From a virus (lineage: Duplodnaviria; Caudoviricetes): a stretch of 34,488 nucleotides of DNA. The translations under genes and the position numbers were made by a program. The notes below the pieces were generated by a model, which worked only from the letters and a program-made list of their open reading frames with translations, was not told where the DNA came from and did not search any database. The DNA lies in the IMG/VR virus record IMGVR_UViG_3300042140_000289, positions 1-34,488 of that record; one strand, written 5' to 3'. Positions 9,512-19,462 of this stretch are shown piece after piece (within the stretch, counting starts at the first letter, position 1; each line of letters starts with the position of its first letter).

Positions 9512-10480
9512 TTAAAAAGAATCTGAAAGCTGATAGGTAAAAGTATCTAAGTATCTAACGTTTGCGTCTCTAATTTCGTAAGTTCCGTTGGCACTGGTAA
9601 CAACAATTAAGTTATCGCTAGAAGTAGACGCAGTCCAAGTACCGTCTCCATTGTCAACAACTTTAATGTTCGGAGCGTCTTTAACATCTTTTGTATCACT
9701 AAGAATGTACACATCATCTTCAGTAAAAATTGCATTTGCATCTTTAATTAAAAATTCACCTTCATCTACAAACATAATAAACCCTGGATATTTTGTTTCT
9801 GCTGTCCAGGTTCCGTTTCCATTGTCAGTAATTTTAATTCTAAACCAATTGTTAATATAAGAAACTAAATCGTTCATAGAAAGTAAAGATGCATTGGCGT
9901 AGTTTGTTCCGTAAAGAATGGCCTCAATTTCTTCCAAAAGCCAAGGATCTAACTCAGAAGTGTTAATCACCATATAAGCAGAAGGCCTATACCCTTCAAT
10001 GTACTCTGGTGTAGTAAATAGTTCCCACTCGAACTCAACTAAAGACGGGTCATCACTAGCGGTTGCGTAAGTTTTTTCGCTGGGAATAGCAGTAATGTTA
10101 TAAACAATATGAATTTTATATCCAGCTTCACTGCCTTCAAAATCGTTACCAATTTTTGTTCTATAACATAATGCAAATGTTTTTTGCGGTTGTTCGTTTA
10201 AATGAACACCGCTTCGAAGTTCTTCTGCGCCGTTAATTTCATCCAATTCATTTGGATATGTTACCGCAGAAAGAGTCGCTGTAAAAGTTCCAAGTTTTAC
10301 AACGTCATTAATCTTTGACCCGTCTAAAAAGACTGGCTCAGCAGATCGGTCAAGGCTTTCATTGATAGAGGTTAAACCATTCCAAGGAACTGCCGAACCA
10401 TCTGGTAAGTACAGAACGCCGTTGTCTAAACCAGACTCATAATACCTATCCCCAACCGCATCCCAAGTAATTTTAGGCAT
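9512..10480 (-). CDS. Major-tail-protein paralogue with C-terminal repeats
   Basis: Aligns along ~200 aa with 11059..11928 (TWD..G.R.YE.G.D.GVLY; WNGL; F.L.YRTK.GND; YK.H.VY; PSEK.Y.T). Two DNGxGTWTA repeats follow. Confidence 0.8.
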   Translation of the reverse strand: MPKITWDAVGDRYYESGLDNGVLYLPDGSAVPWNGLTSINESLDRSAEPVFLDGSKINDVVKLGTFTATLSAVTYPNELDEINGAEELRSGVHLNEQPQKTFALCYRTKIGNDFEGSEAGYKIHIVYNITAIPSEKTYATASDDPSLVEFEWELFTTPEYIEGYRPSAYMVINTSELDPWLLEEIEAILYGTNYANASLLSMNDLVSYINNWFRIKITDNGNGTWTAETKYPGFIMFVDEGEFLIKDANAIFTEDDVYILSDTKDVKDAPNIKVVDNGDGTWTASTSSDNLIVVTSANGTYEIRDANVRYLDTFTYQLSDSF

Positions 10481-10491
10481 TTGTCCTCCGT

Positions 10492-11034
10492 TTAACCTTT
10501 GGTCCCTAGTTCGGCTTTTCTACGAGCATTAAGCTCTTTGTTTCTATTTGAAATCTCATGCCGAGACATCTTTTTTTGTGGGGAGTTTTTAATATTGCAA
10601 ATTCTAATTAAAGAAAACAGCCGGTTTAAGTGCCATGTCTCACATTCAAACGGAATATTAAAGGCAACTAACCAATAGTAAATTAACTCGGCGGTAATGG
10701 TTTCTCCCTTTGACTTTTGTTGCGGCATAACACCAAATGTAGTAGCCGACTGTGGAGATTCAATGTAGTCATTAATTTTTTGTAAGTTTTTTTCTGAAAA
10801 TCTGTAAATAACGTTTTCGTCATCCAAATCATGCAAAAGCATACACTTAATGTAATAAAAAATTTCTTCATGGCTTTTGTTGTTTGCTGACAAGAATGGT
10901 TTTTGAAATTCTGACTCCCATTTTGACAGAGAGACCAGAGAATGCTCTAAGTATAAAACTGTGTCATTAATAGTCTCAAAGGTTTGTGTCTCTTCATCGA
11001 AAAGCTCGTCGCCTTCGACAACAAGTTTAAGCAT
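10492..11034 (-). CDS. Tail assembly chaperone (putative)
   Basis: Lies directly after the major tail gene; LEHSLVSLSKWES and WHLNRL motifs. Confidence 0.6.
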   Translation of the reverse strand: MLKLVVEGDELFDEETQTFETINDTVLYLEHSLVSLSKWESEFQKPFLSANNKSHEEIFYYIKCMLLHDLDDENVIYRFSEKNLQKINDYIESPQSATTFGVMPQQKSKGETITAELIYYWLVAFNIPFECETWHLNRLFSLIRICNIKNSPQKKMSRHEISNRNKELNARRKAELGTKG

Positions 11035-11058
11035 TCTCTGGCCTCCTGCCCAAAGTCA

Positions 11059-11928
11059 TCAGGTGAAGTCGTAGAACCAATCGTCATCGACATTAGCCGG
11101 GAAGTAGTATCCGTTGTTGGGACGAGCCGTAACAACAGTATCCTCGGTAATGACGACAGCGCCAGCAGCCTGTGCGACGTTGTTGATGTAGTAAGTAACA
11201 CCGGTAACCGACGGGATCGTAATCGTGTCAGTAGCCGAGTTATACGACGGCTCAGTCGGGGTGACCTGCACCGCGGTTCCGCTGAAGATGGAAATCACCG
11301 CATCAGGAAGGGGCAGAGACGGATCAGTCCCAGCCGTTCCGTAGAGGAAGTTTTCAAGAATCTCTAAATCACCGGAATCAACCATGGTGGAGTCAACCGT
11401 TAAGATAGAAGTAGGCCTAGCGTCAGTAACCGCAACCGGGACCGTCGTTAACTCCCAGCTAAACGTAATAGCCTCGGGCGAATCGTTGATCGTCGTGTAG
11501 GCCTTCTCCGAAGGGCTCGCGCTACAGCCGTAAACCAGGTGAAGTTTGTAGCCATAATCATCGCCATCGATGTCGTTGCCAAGTTTGGTCCTGTAGGAAA
11601 GACCAAACGTACGACGAGCCTGCTGCCCAATGGTTAATCCAGGCGCGGGAACGCCAAGACCATCAAAAGGAGCGAACTCATCCGGGTAAGTAAAGGCCTC
11701 AATAGTCCCACCGAACTCCTCGGCCGAGAAGAGGTTCAGGTACTTAACGTTATCCGCATACTGAGCGTTAGGCTCCGCGCCCGAAGGGGTCTCCGTAACG
11801 GTAACAAGACCGTTCCAAGCAACTCCATCAGTGTAAGCGCCCGAAGAATCGGGGATGTAGAGAACACCCCGGTCCACACCGGTCTCATAGATTCGCTCAC
11901 CGGCACCGTCCCAAGTAAGAACTGCCAT
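11059..11928 (-). CDS. Major tail (tube) protein
   Basis: Position after the tail terminator; GC-rich codons; tube-type sequence plus a C-terminal Ig-like domain. Confidence 0.88.
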   Translation of the reverse strand: MAVLTWDGAGERIYETGVDRGVLYIPDSSGAYTDGVAWNGLVTVTETPSGAEPNAQYADNVKYLNLFSAEEFGGTIEAFTYPDEFAPFDGLGVPAPGLTIGQQARRTFGLSYRTKLGNDIDGDDYGYKLHLVYGCSASPSEKAYTTINDSPEAITFSWELTTVPVAVTDARPTSILTVDSTMVDSGDLEILENFLYGTAGTDPSLPLPDAVISIFSGTAVQVTPTEPSYNSATDTITIPSVTGVTYYINNVAQAAGAVVITEDTVVTARPNNGYYFPANVDDDWFYDFT

Positions 11929-11940
11929 TGATATCTCCTT

Positions 11941-12246
11941 CTAGAAGTAAAGTTTGTAAACGTCGTGGTTTAGATTGTCTGCCGTGTAAAAACGATCATA
12001 AACACATGATGGCAACTCTGAAATCTTTTTAGGAATGTCGCTATCAGGGTTTCTATCAATAACTGTTAATTGATATCGCAATTTGTTTTTATACGGCTTA
12101 TTATCTGCAAAGTCAGTGCTTTCGTCGTCTCTTTTGTAAATGATACAGGGGTATTTAATTTGAACGGTAGGAGGTGGTTGAAAATATACGTAGTCGCTAC
12201 CTAAAAGATCAACTAAAAGTTCCTGAAGTTCAAGCCGTTGGGCCAT
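11941..12246 (-). CDS. Tail terminator protein
   Basis: VYFQPP...YPCIIY motif; start re-called at MAQRL. Confidence 0.7.
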   Translation of the reverse strand: MAQRLELQELLVDLLGSDYVYFQPPPTVQIKYPCIIYKRDDESTDFADNKPYKNKLRYQLTVIDRNPDSDIPKKISELPSCVYDRFYTADNLNHDVYKLYF

Positions 12247-12559
12247 TGTAAACACTCCCAAGACTGAGGATTAGGCGGGGGCTCTTGACTTCGACACTAG
12301 TCACAGTCCAAAGAACCCCCGCCCACCGCACGTATTTAATTTTAAAGAAGTGATCGATGGCATATTGATCGGCAACAATACTAATAGAGTTGCCAACCGA
12401 AATATCATTATTTAAAGATACTCCCGAATCTAAAGTTCTAGTATTACGAATAATATCTCCATAATACTGATACTCGGTAATGAGATCAACCCAAATACCA
12501 GACTCGGGTGGGTCTTCTACAGCTTCCCCGTATCCAATTTCTCCATAAAATTTAGCCAT
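12230..12559 (-). CDS. Head closure/stopper protein
   Basis: 109-aa beta-rich protein directly after the capsid gene; WTVTSVEV..PRLIL motif. Confidence 0.65.
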   Translation of the reverse strand: MAKFYGEIGYGEAVEDPPESGIWVDLITEYQYYGDIIRNTRTLDSGVSLNNDISVGNSISIVADQYAIDHFFKIKYVRWAGVLWTVTSVEVKSPRLILSLGSVYNGPTA

Positions 12560-12572
12560 CTAAGCTCCTAAA

Positions 12573-14528
12573 TCACTCCCCGACAAATGTCCAGGAATCG
12601 TTCTCGCTGCTCGGGAAGTAGTAGCCGCTTGCCGGAACTGCGTTCACAACAAACGTCTCACCCTCAGCAACCGAGTAAGGCGACCCAGCCGCGTTCATCG
12701 TCGAATCATCAGAGGCGTCCTGGTAGACGACACCCGTCTGGTTCGTGATGGTAATGTCGGAGCCGTCGAAAGCAGGCTCAGCCGGGGTAACCGCAACGAG
12801 AGAAGCAGCAACCTTCTTGACAACCATCGCCGACTTCAACTTGGTAAGCGCCCCAGAAACACGGGTCTCGATCAGGTACTTGTACTGGTTGTAATCGATG
12901 TCGAAATCGTCAAACATGCTGACGTTTCCGCCCTTATCGGCGCCAATAATGTAATCGACCGGGTTAACGAGAATGGCGACGATGTCGTCCTCTTCCTCCA
13001 TAACCTCAACCGGAACAATCTCAGCGACCCGAAGCTCGGTAGCAACCTCGTCAAGGGTCTTGTAGATACGACGACCGACCGTGTCCTTCAGAAGCAGGAA
13101 CTTGGCAATGTAGGTCTCGGTAGTGTACATGGTCGGAAGACCAGTGCCCTTCCAGTACTGGCGGTTCATCACAATGGCGTCAATAATCTCCTGCACCGAG
13201 GAGTTAGCATCATCGATGTTGACGTTAACGACAGTGGTGTAGAGCTCATGATCCTTTGCAATCGGGCGAATATTCTGCTCGTTGATCTTATCGTCGTGAG
13301 CAACGTCACGACCATCACCAATCAGAATAGCCCGGGCCAGCTCCTCATCGAGCATCAGCCGCATCTCACCCTTAAGCCAGGTGACAACGTCAAAGTCGGT
13401 GATATCGACCATGTCATCGCGATCCAGCTTCTGCTTCTTGTAGATGGTCGTCGGAGTCGTAACCCGCTTGGAGACGCCAAAGAACTCTTCCTTCTTCAGA
13501 GTACCAGTAATGTACCCCTTCGCCCTGGCCTCTTCCGGAGTGAGGTCAGCCGACATCGTCTTAACTCGGCTAAACGGGCTCTTCCGGGTCGCCGAAAGGA
13601 GCTTGTTAACCCACTCAGTCCGACGAGTGAACCACTCCGGAGTCGTGGCAATGTTCTGGGCATCCGGGAAAAGAAGATCGATGTCGGTGATACCATGCTG
13701 TAAAGCAAAGGCATCAACGGCGTCCTTAAGGGAGCCGAGCTTGGTAGCGTCGGAAACAATACCCTCAATATCGGCGTGAGAAAGCGTCCGAGGGGCCTCG
13801 GGCTTGGACTCATCGCCCTGCTCAAAAACGTTGCGGGTCATTTTATCACCTTCCTTGTCGGTGTCATTGGTAGTAACATTGTCCTGAGCCATTTCGCCGG
13901 TCTCAGTATTATTGTCTTCAGCAGAGAGAAGTGCTTCACCAATCATATAATGAAGAACCTCTTTCTGCTTATCGGTCATTGTCTCATAAACGTCTTCGAT
14001 GGTCTCTTCGTCATCGGTATTGTCTTCCGGCTCATCATCTTTAGCATCAGAAGGAGCATCTCCCTCAGCGTGCTGAAGCTCAAGACCAGTGTAAATAATA
14101 ACTTCGTCCTCTAAGGTGAACTCGTCCCCATCAGAGTGCTTAATAGTAACATTCTCAATAAGTGCGCCAGGATTTGCCCCGGAAAGAACAAGGCTAACCT
14201 CTCGAATAGCTCCGTGTAAAACCCGTCCAGTCCGCTCAATTAAGTCATTTGCCCAAATGGACAACATGTTAATGTCGCCATGCTCTAATAAATCTTTTGC
14301 GTGGCTAGCTTTACCAGAAGAATTAAAGAAACCATATGCGTAAACGCCATCTGGACGAGCTTCTAAAATTGCGTGACCAAGAACATTCTCTGGATCGTTG
14401 TGCCCGTGCTGCCAAACCAGCGGAACCTTTGCCTTATCCTGATGCTTAAAGGCGTCAGGCATAATGGTTCGCCCGTCGGTACACTTAAGCCCCGCCTTTG
14501 TGGCGTAGCCGCTAAAATCTGCTTCCAT
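12573..14528 (-). CDS. Prohead protease-major capsid fusion protein
   Basis: N-terminal HK97-type protease (PLVWQH, LSIWA, EVSLVLSGANPGA), an acidic linker, a capsid domain, and a C-terminal Ig-like domain. Has an internal in-frame RBS+ATG at 13841. Confidence 0.9.
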   Translation of the reverse strand: MEADFSGYATKAGLKCTDGRTIMPDAFKHQDKAKVPLVWQHGHNDPENVLGHAILEARPDGVYAYGFFNSSGKASHAKDLLEHGDINMLSIWANDLIERTGRVLHGAIREVSLVLSGANPGALIENVTIKHSDGDEFTLEDEVIIYTGLELQHAEGDAPSDAKDDEPEDNTDDEETIEDVYETMTDKQKEVLHYMIGEALLSAEDNNTETGEMAQDNVTTNDTDKEGDKMTRNVFEQGDESKPEAPRTLSHADIEGIVSDATKLGSLKDAVDAFALQHGITDIDLLFPDAQNIATTPEWFTRRTEWVNKLLSATRKSPFSRVKTMSADLTPEEARAKGYITGTLKKEEFFGVSKRVTTPTTIYKKQKLDRDDMVDITDFDVVTWLKGEMRLMLDEELARAILIGDGRDVAHDDKINEQNIRPIAKDHELYTTVVNVNIDDANSSVQEIIDAIVMNRQYWKGTGLPTMYTTETYIAKFLLLKDTVGRRIYKTLDEVATELRVAEIVPVEVMEEEDDIVAILVNPVDYIIGADKGGNVSMFDDFDIDYNQYKYLIETRVSGALTKLKSAMVVKKVAASLVAVTPAEPAFDGSDITITNQTGVVYQDASDDSTMNAAGSPYSVAEGETFVVNAVPASGYYFPSSENDSWTFVGE

Positions 14529-14542
14529 TTTGACTTCCTTTC

Positions 14543-15754
14543 CTAAGATTCAGCCACGTCGTTTAATGGCGGTTGTTGTGGCATGTTGCTATTGACCAGC
14601 TCGTCGGCTTTTGGATCCTTAGATGGAGGAATGCCAATAAACCCACGAATTTCGTTTGAAGTTAGAATTTCGTTTCTTGTAAACTTATCCGCAATGTCAG
14701 CAAGGTCACTAACAGAAACAAGCTTGAACGGATCTTTAAAGTATTGAATTCGTTCACCATCGGAAGTTCCAATTGGTCCAAGGAAAGCCCTCTGCATGGA
14801 TTCTACAATTGCGTCTGCAATTGGCTCGATAGACCTACTATAATAGTTTCGCATGGCTTTTTCATCCGCCGTGCTGTTCATAATGTCTTCGGTAATCCCC
14901 AATTGGCCGTAAAGCATACCAGTTAAGTACTCAATCTGTTTTAACAAATTGTTTTCAGCTGGGCGGTTTAACTGTGTAATCTTTTCGGTTCCGTCAGTAT
15001 AGGCAATTCCGTACTGGCTGCCTTTTAATTGGAATTCAATATCTTCTCTTCGCTTTTCTGCTTGCTGCCGCCTAGCTTCAGATTTTACAACGTAAGGCAA
15101 CTGAATAATTAAATCTAACTTGCCGGAACTAGACTGCTCATCAACAACGTCAAGAAGCGTAAGTTTTCTAATCAATCGCTGTAGCGTAGAGTTTGGTTCG
15201 TTCATAATTGCGTATAAAGGATTCTCGACAATAGCTACATAGCGCTTTTCTAAAGTAATTTCTTCTCGTTCACCACGAGCTTCATTATAAAGGTTAATCC
15301 GAACATGTCGAGGATACCAAGCTACAACTTCGCCAACTCTAAGCGTGTAGATGTCAAATTTTTCTCTTGTCTGAGGATTGTAGTTGGTATCAACTGGGAC
15401 TAAAGCGGCGCAGCCTTTGTCAAACATTGTCATAACAATGTCCTGCCGAAATGCTCTAGGCCCCTGGTCAATATTTGCCTCTAAAGTCAAAGCGGTGTTT
15501 AAAGCGCTTTGCATGTCTTCCATATATCGGCCATTTGCGTCGAGTTTAACATGTTTAAAATTAAAGCTCGCCACGTCAATGCTCATTCTTGTGTAGATTG
15601 AAGTGACAATTGACTTTTCATTGTAGTAATGAAACCTACTTCGATCGGGCCTGATGCCATAACTAGGACCATTGTGATAACTTGTTGGATCCCAAACTTC
15701 ATAGTTGTCTCTAAACGCGTTCCAAGCGTTTTTAAATCTATCTAAAATTGGCAT
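14543..15754 (-). CDS. Portal protein
   Basis: 403 aa between terminase and protease; C-terminal ILTSNEIRGFIGIPP..ADEL typical of HK97-type portals. Confidence 0.9.
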   Translation of the reverse strand: MPILDRFKNAWNAFRDNYEVWDPTSYHNGPSYGIRPDRSRFHYYNEKSIVTSIYTRMSIDVASFNFKHVKLDANGRYMEDMQSALNTALTLEANIDQGPRAFRQDIVMTMFDKGCAALVPVDTNYNPQTREKFDIYTLRVGEVVAWYPRHVRINLYNEARGEREEITLEKRYVAIVENPLYAIMNEPNSTLQRLIRKLTLLDVVDEQSSSGKLDLIIQLPYVVKSEARRQQAEKRREDIEFQLKGSQYGIAYTDGTEKITQLNRPAENNLLKQIEYLTGMLYGQLGITEDIMNSTADEKAMRNYYSRSIEPIADAIVESMQRAFLGPIGTSDGERIQYFKDPFKLVSVSDLADIADKFTRNEILTSNEIRGFIGIPPSKDPKADELVNSNMPQQPPLNDVAES

Positions 15755-15795
15755 TAATGCATCACCTCCTTAAGTTACGGCGTAAATCTTACTTA

Positions 15796-16005
15796 TTAAG
15801 CCCCTTCTAAAGCGGTAATTCGCTGATCAAAATCAAATAAAGCTGTAAAAATACTAGTAAGGGCTTCGCTATTCGCGGAGAGAAGATTCTCGTAAACACC
15901 CGGCTCAGTCTCAACAAAAAGTGCAATACTTTCAAGTTTCTGATGCTCCCGAGGCTCTCCTAAACTGGAAAGGATCACCTGAGTGGTTTTCTGATGCTCA
16001 TTCAT
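15796..16005 (-). CDS. Hypothetical protein (69 aa)
   Basis: ATGA overlap with the terminase stop; RBS AAGGAGG. Confidence 0.65.
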   Translation of the reverse strand: MNEHQKTTQVILSSLGEPREHQKLESIALFVETEPGVYENLLSANSEALTSIFTALFDFDQRITALEGA

Positions 16006-17747
16006 TCAAAAGCCTCCTTATTGGCTTTATAGGCAATATATGCGTCCATCATAGCGGACACATTATCAATTTTTTCGTCTGCTCTTTTTTTTAATAACTT
16101 CCTATTACCGTTGGTATCTTCCAGAGTAACTGCATTCCCCATGGCAAAGGACATTAAATCTTGATCAAAGATTAATGCTCTTTCTTCAGCTAGGATTTTT
16201 AGCTCTCCTAGAGGAACTGATTCGGTTTTTGCCCCCTGAATAACTTTTTCAATTCCATATGGTCCGTTTTCTGCTTCCCAACGAGCTACAAATTCTTTTG
16301 CATTGTAGGGGTCAAAGCCTAAGCACCTAACGTCGTATTCATTTTGAACAATAAATGCGTCAAGGTCGTCGTAAACTTCCATCATATCAAGAACGTTTCC
16401 TTCTAAAACCTGAAGACTTCCTTCATTGATAAAATCATCGTACTTTGCTCGCATGGCGCCAGGTAGTTTCATTAAAGTAAGACTTGTGATGTAACTTCTA
16501 GTTTTAATTCCAAACGCGCCATTATTTAATGGAAATAAAAATGTAAAAGCACAAAAGTCGTCGCCCTGTGAAAGATCAGCACCTAAAGCGCAGGGTACAG
16601 TCCAGAATTCTCTAGACCTGTGGGGGATAGTTTCTTCATAAGTAAAGAAATATGTATACCCCTCCATTGGTATACCAAAACGCTTTGCTAGAATATCATT
16701 CCTAGACGCTGGAGCTTTTTCAGCTCTTTCCACGTCCAAATGATAAACATCATATGTGACGGTTTTACCTAGATTTGGATTTGCTTTAACCCACGTTGCT
16801 GGATCTGAAACTTCTTCAATGTCGTCTAGTTTATAATGCCAGATTGAAACGTGCGGTGCTTGATACTCACCTTTTAAAATATTAGCAAGCTCCATTTTAA
16901 TTGTATCGCCAGACCCGTTTCGCACCGTTCCCTCAGAACTAATTGCAACAATTAAATAGTCTTCCATCTTAGAAGCGCCCTGTTCAATAGCCCCAACAAC
17001 ATCTTCTCGAATATCCCCAGAAAGCCACTCGTCGATGGTAGAAACTTTTGGCCTAAGTCCTTGGAGTTTATTAATTGCCATCGGTCTAACTTCTAGAAGG
17101 GACCCAGTCAAAAAGTTTTCAACACCCTTTTTTGTAGAGGCTAACTTAACGCGTTCAATTTTTGACCCAGCTGTGTTTCTAATTGAGCCCTCAGTTAAAA
17201 ACTTAAATAAAGGACCTCTTGCCCTTGTCACCGCAGTTCGAATTGGAGACATTACCTCATCAGCCTGCTTCATAGTTGGCGCTGTTGTTACCTGGTGAGT
17301 GGTAGAAGTGTCTACGTTAAGAAAATAGGCTTGAATACAAGCTCCATACATTGATTTTGCGGCCCCTCTGGCTACAATCAAATACTGTTTTGTAACCAGC
17401 CGCTTTTTAACCAGCTTCTTAACGTATTTTCCTTCTTTTCCATTTTCACCAGGTTGATAGACGCTCCGCTCAACAAAGTAATACCAACCAAAAATTTGTT
17501 CTGCCCATAATTTGAAGGTGTCTAATAAATATAAATCGCTTCCATCGGTTAAGGTCAATTCCATTTCACAGTATTTAATAAAACCTTCTACTGCTTGATC
17601 ATCATAATAAATATTTTGGTTGGAAATTAAATCATCAATCCGATTCATCTCCAAAGAGATTTCTCTGTTTACTGGAATTTCGCCTGAAAGTACAGAGTCT
17701 CTAAACTCACCATAATACTTTGGGGTTGCGGTGTTTGACAGGGCCAA
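16002..17747 (-). CDS. terL: Terminase large subunit
   Basis: Walker A VARGAAKS, Walker B TIDEW, nuclease motifs GADLS..DD and KIDNVSA; TTG start after AAGGAGG. Confidence 0.95.
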   Translation of the reverse strand: MALSNTATPKYYGEFRDSVLSGEIPVNREISLEMNRIDDLISNQNIYYDDQAVEGFIKYCEMELTLTDGSDLYLLDTFKLWAEQIFGWYYFVERSVYQPGENGKEGKYVKKLVKKRLVTKQYLIVARGAAKSMYGACIQAYFLNVDTSTTHQVTTAPTMKQADEVMSPIRTAVTRARGPLFKFLTEGSIRNTAGSKIERVKLASTKKGVENFLTGSLLEVRPMAINKLQGLRPKVSTIDEWLSGDIREDVVGAIEQGASKMEDYLIVAISSEGTVRNGSGDTIKMELANILKGEYQAPHVSIWHYKLDDIEEVSDPATWVKANPNLGKTVTYDVYHLDVERAEKAPASRNDILAKRFGIPMEGYTYFFTYEETIPHRSREFWTVPCALGADLSQGDDFCAFTFLFPLNNGAFGIKTRSYITSLTLMKLPGAMRAKYDDFINEGSLQVLEGNVLDMMEVYDDLDAFIVQNEYDVRCLGFDPYNAKEFVARWEAENGPYGIEKVIQGAKTESVPLGELKILAEERALIFDQDLMSFAMGNAVTLEDTNGNRKLLKKRADEKIDNVSAMMDAYIAYKANKEAFE

Positions 17748-17762
17748 TTAATTCCTCCTTTA

Positions 17763-18335
17763 TTAAACCAAATTCCTATACTGCTTTTCTAACTTAGCTC
17801 GTTTGACTGATTTCTCAAGCGCTTTGTCGGAGAGAGCCGAAGCCGGAGATCGACCAGTCCTCTTAAATGCAATATCGTCAAGAGCAGCATTGACCTGGTT
17901 TGTCATCTGCTTTTTAAACTGGTCTTTTCCGATTTGAATAGCGACATCGCCAAGAAACTTTGCTGATTCTGTAGCGAATCGCTTACCTCTAGATACGCTC
18001 TCCGTTTGCGACTTTGCGCTAAGCTCTTTGAACTGCTGCTCCAGCCGCATTCTTTCAACAGCATCTTTAAGTTGTTTATCACTAAGGCTTTTAACACTTG
18101 GTTTTGGCGGAGGCTTAGCCCAAGCTGGTTTTCCAGACTTTGCGGATTTCTTTTTTTCTTTTCGAACTCCCCATTTCATGCCTTTGACCCCGGCATGATT
18201 CAGAAAGTTTTTTGTAAAATCGACCGCTTGAGCGAGTTCATCTTCGGTGTCTGGAAGAAGTTCAAAGGAAATAATTTTTCCCATGCTATCGTATCTTGCT
18301 TTTACTTCAATTTCAACGCTTTCGGGATCTAACAT
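17763..18335 (-). CDS. Basic protein with HxGxKGMKWG motif (putative internal virion protein)
   Basis: Acidic N-terminus, then FLNHAGVKGMKWGVRK and a Lys/Arg-rich remainder. Confidence 0.75.
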   Translation of the reverse strand: MLDPESVEIEVKARYDSMGKIISFELLPDTEDELAQAVDFTKNFLNHAGVKGMKWGVRKEKKKSAKSGKPAWAKPPPKPSVKSLSDKQLKDAVERMRLEQQFKELSAKSQTESVSRGKRFATESAKFLGDVAIQIGKDQFKKQMTNQVNAALDDIAFKRTGRSPASALSDKALEKSVKRAKLEKQYRNLV

Positions 18336-19104
18336 TTCCTTCCACCACCTTCCATGTTAACCCAGTATCTGAAACGTCGTATTTAAACTGCAGAGTCTTT
18401 TTGCTTCGGCTACTTCCGACCATTTTCTCTGAGTTTTTATTTAAAACTTGGGTGGCCATTGCTGACATTTCATCGTTATACTTTTTTAAAAGTTTTGGGT
18501 CGCCAGAAATGTTTTTGTTTTTGTATTGCGGCTTCTCATTGATTAATTTAATGTTTGCATTAATTTCTTTGCCGGATTTATTATAGATTTTTCTAATAGT
18601 TTTACTTTTTGTGGCTTTTTTTTCCCATTTTTTGTCAGCTTTTCTTACTTTCCTTCTAGCTGGGTTTGTCTTTTTAATTTGGCGGCGTTCTTTTCTAACG
18701 CCCCATTTCATACCTTTAACACCAGCATGTTCAAGAAAGTTTAAGCCTTTTTCTTTTAAAGATTCCTCAATATTGCTTTGAGCTAACTCTTGATCGGCCA
18801 ACTCTTGCTTCCTTTTTCGCGCTTTAGCGGCAATAGCTCTAGCTTCCGCCTCGTTCTGCGGAACTGGCTCACCCCAAGCTGCAGCAGTAAGAGCAAACCT
18901 AGTAGGGCGACCTTTTTCGTCTTTTAGCGGTGGATAATTATCCTGGCCATAAAACCTCAAGGCCCAGCTAATCCAACGCTTTTTATCAGACGTGCTCGCT
19001 TTCGAGTAATTTTTGACTCCTGGCTTTAAATTACCACCAAAAGCTTTTCTACCAGCAGCTGTTAATCCACCTTTTGGGTTTTTTAAAGGTTTTTTATCAC
19101 TCAT
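18313..19104 (-). CDS. Basic two-domain protein with HxGxKGMKWG motif
   Basis: N-terminal KNPKGGLTAAGRK domain (DUF6321-like, from memory), then FLEHAGVKGMKWGVRK. Confidence 0.75.
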   Translation of the reverse strand: MSDKKPLKNPKGGLTAAGRKAFGGNLKPGVKNYSKASTSDKKRWISWALRFYGQDNYPPLKDEKGRPTRFALTAAAWGEPVPQNEAEARAIAAKARKRKQELADQELAQSNIEESLKEKGLNFLEHAGVKGMKWGVRKERRQIKKTNPARRKVRKADKKWEKKATKSKTIRKIYNKSGKEINANIKLINEKPQYKNKNISGDPKLLKKYNDEMSAMATQVLNKNSEKMVGSSRSKKTLQFKYDVSDTGLTWKVVEGNVRSRKR

Positions 19105-19445
19105 GGTAATTCAACCTCCCGAAAAACGTTTAGACGCCACTCAAACTCTTTGATCTGGTTGTCCATTGCCTCTAGTAAAAATGAAGTTCCAGGTGGGTCA
19201 AACAAAACTCTACACTTTAAAAACACAAAAGACTTAACCATATGAAGCTGTTTGTCAGGAAGGCCTAACTCATCCCACTCAGAAGTTTCGTCTTGAATAA
19301 AGAATCCGCCTTCTTCTCCTACACCAAGCTGAGCCAGTGAAGAAAAAGTTGTATTAATAAACATAATAATGTCGGGGTCAAAAGCAGTATAACTTTCGCC
19401 AATACCTAAGACTTTTTTAGTACTAATCAGAATGCTATTCTCCAT
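19101..19445 (-). CDS. Head-to-tail adaptor (putative)
   Basis: SIL.STKKVLG..FD.DI...IN and FDPP...EWRL; gp6/gp15-like size. Confidence 0.6.
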   Translation of the reverse strand: MENSILISTKKVLGIGESYTAFDPDIIMFINTTFSSLAQLGVGEEGGFFIQDETSEWDELGLPDKQLHMVKSFVFLKCRVLFDPPGTSFLLEAMDNQIKEFEWRLNVFREVELP

Positions 19446-19462
19446 TTGAACCTCCTTTCAGA

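Noticed and set aside
10786-10792. A-AAA-AAC slippery heptamer in the tail chaperone gene
   Set aside because: The -1 frame stops within a few codons rather than extending the protein, and A-runs are common in this AT-rich genome.
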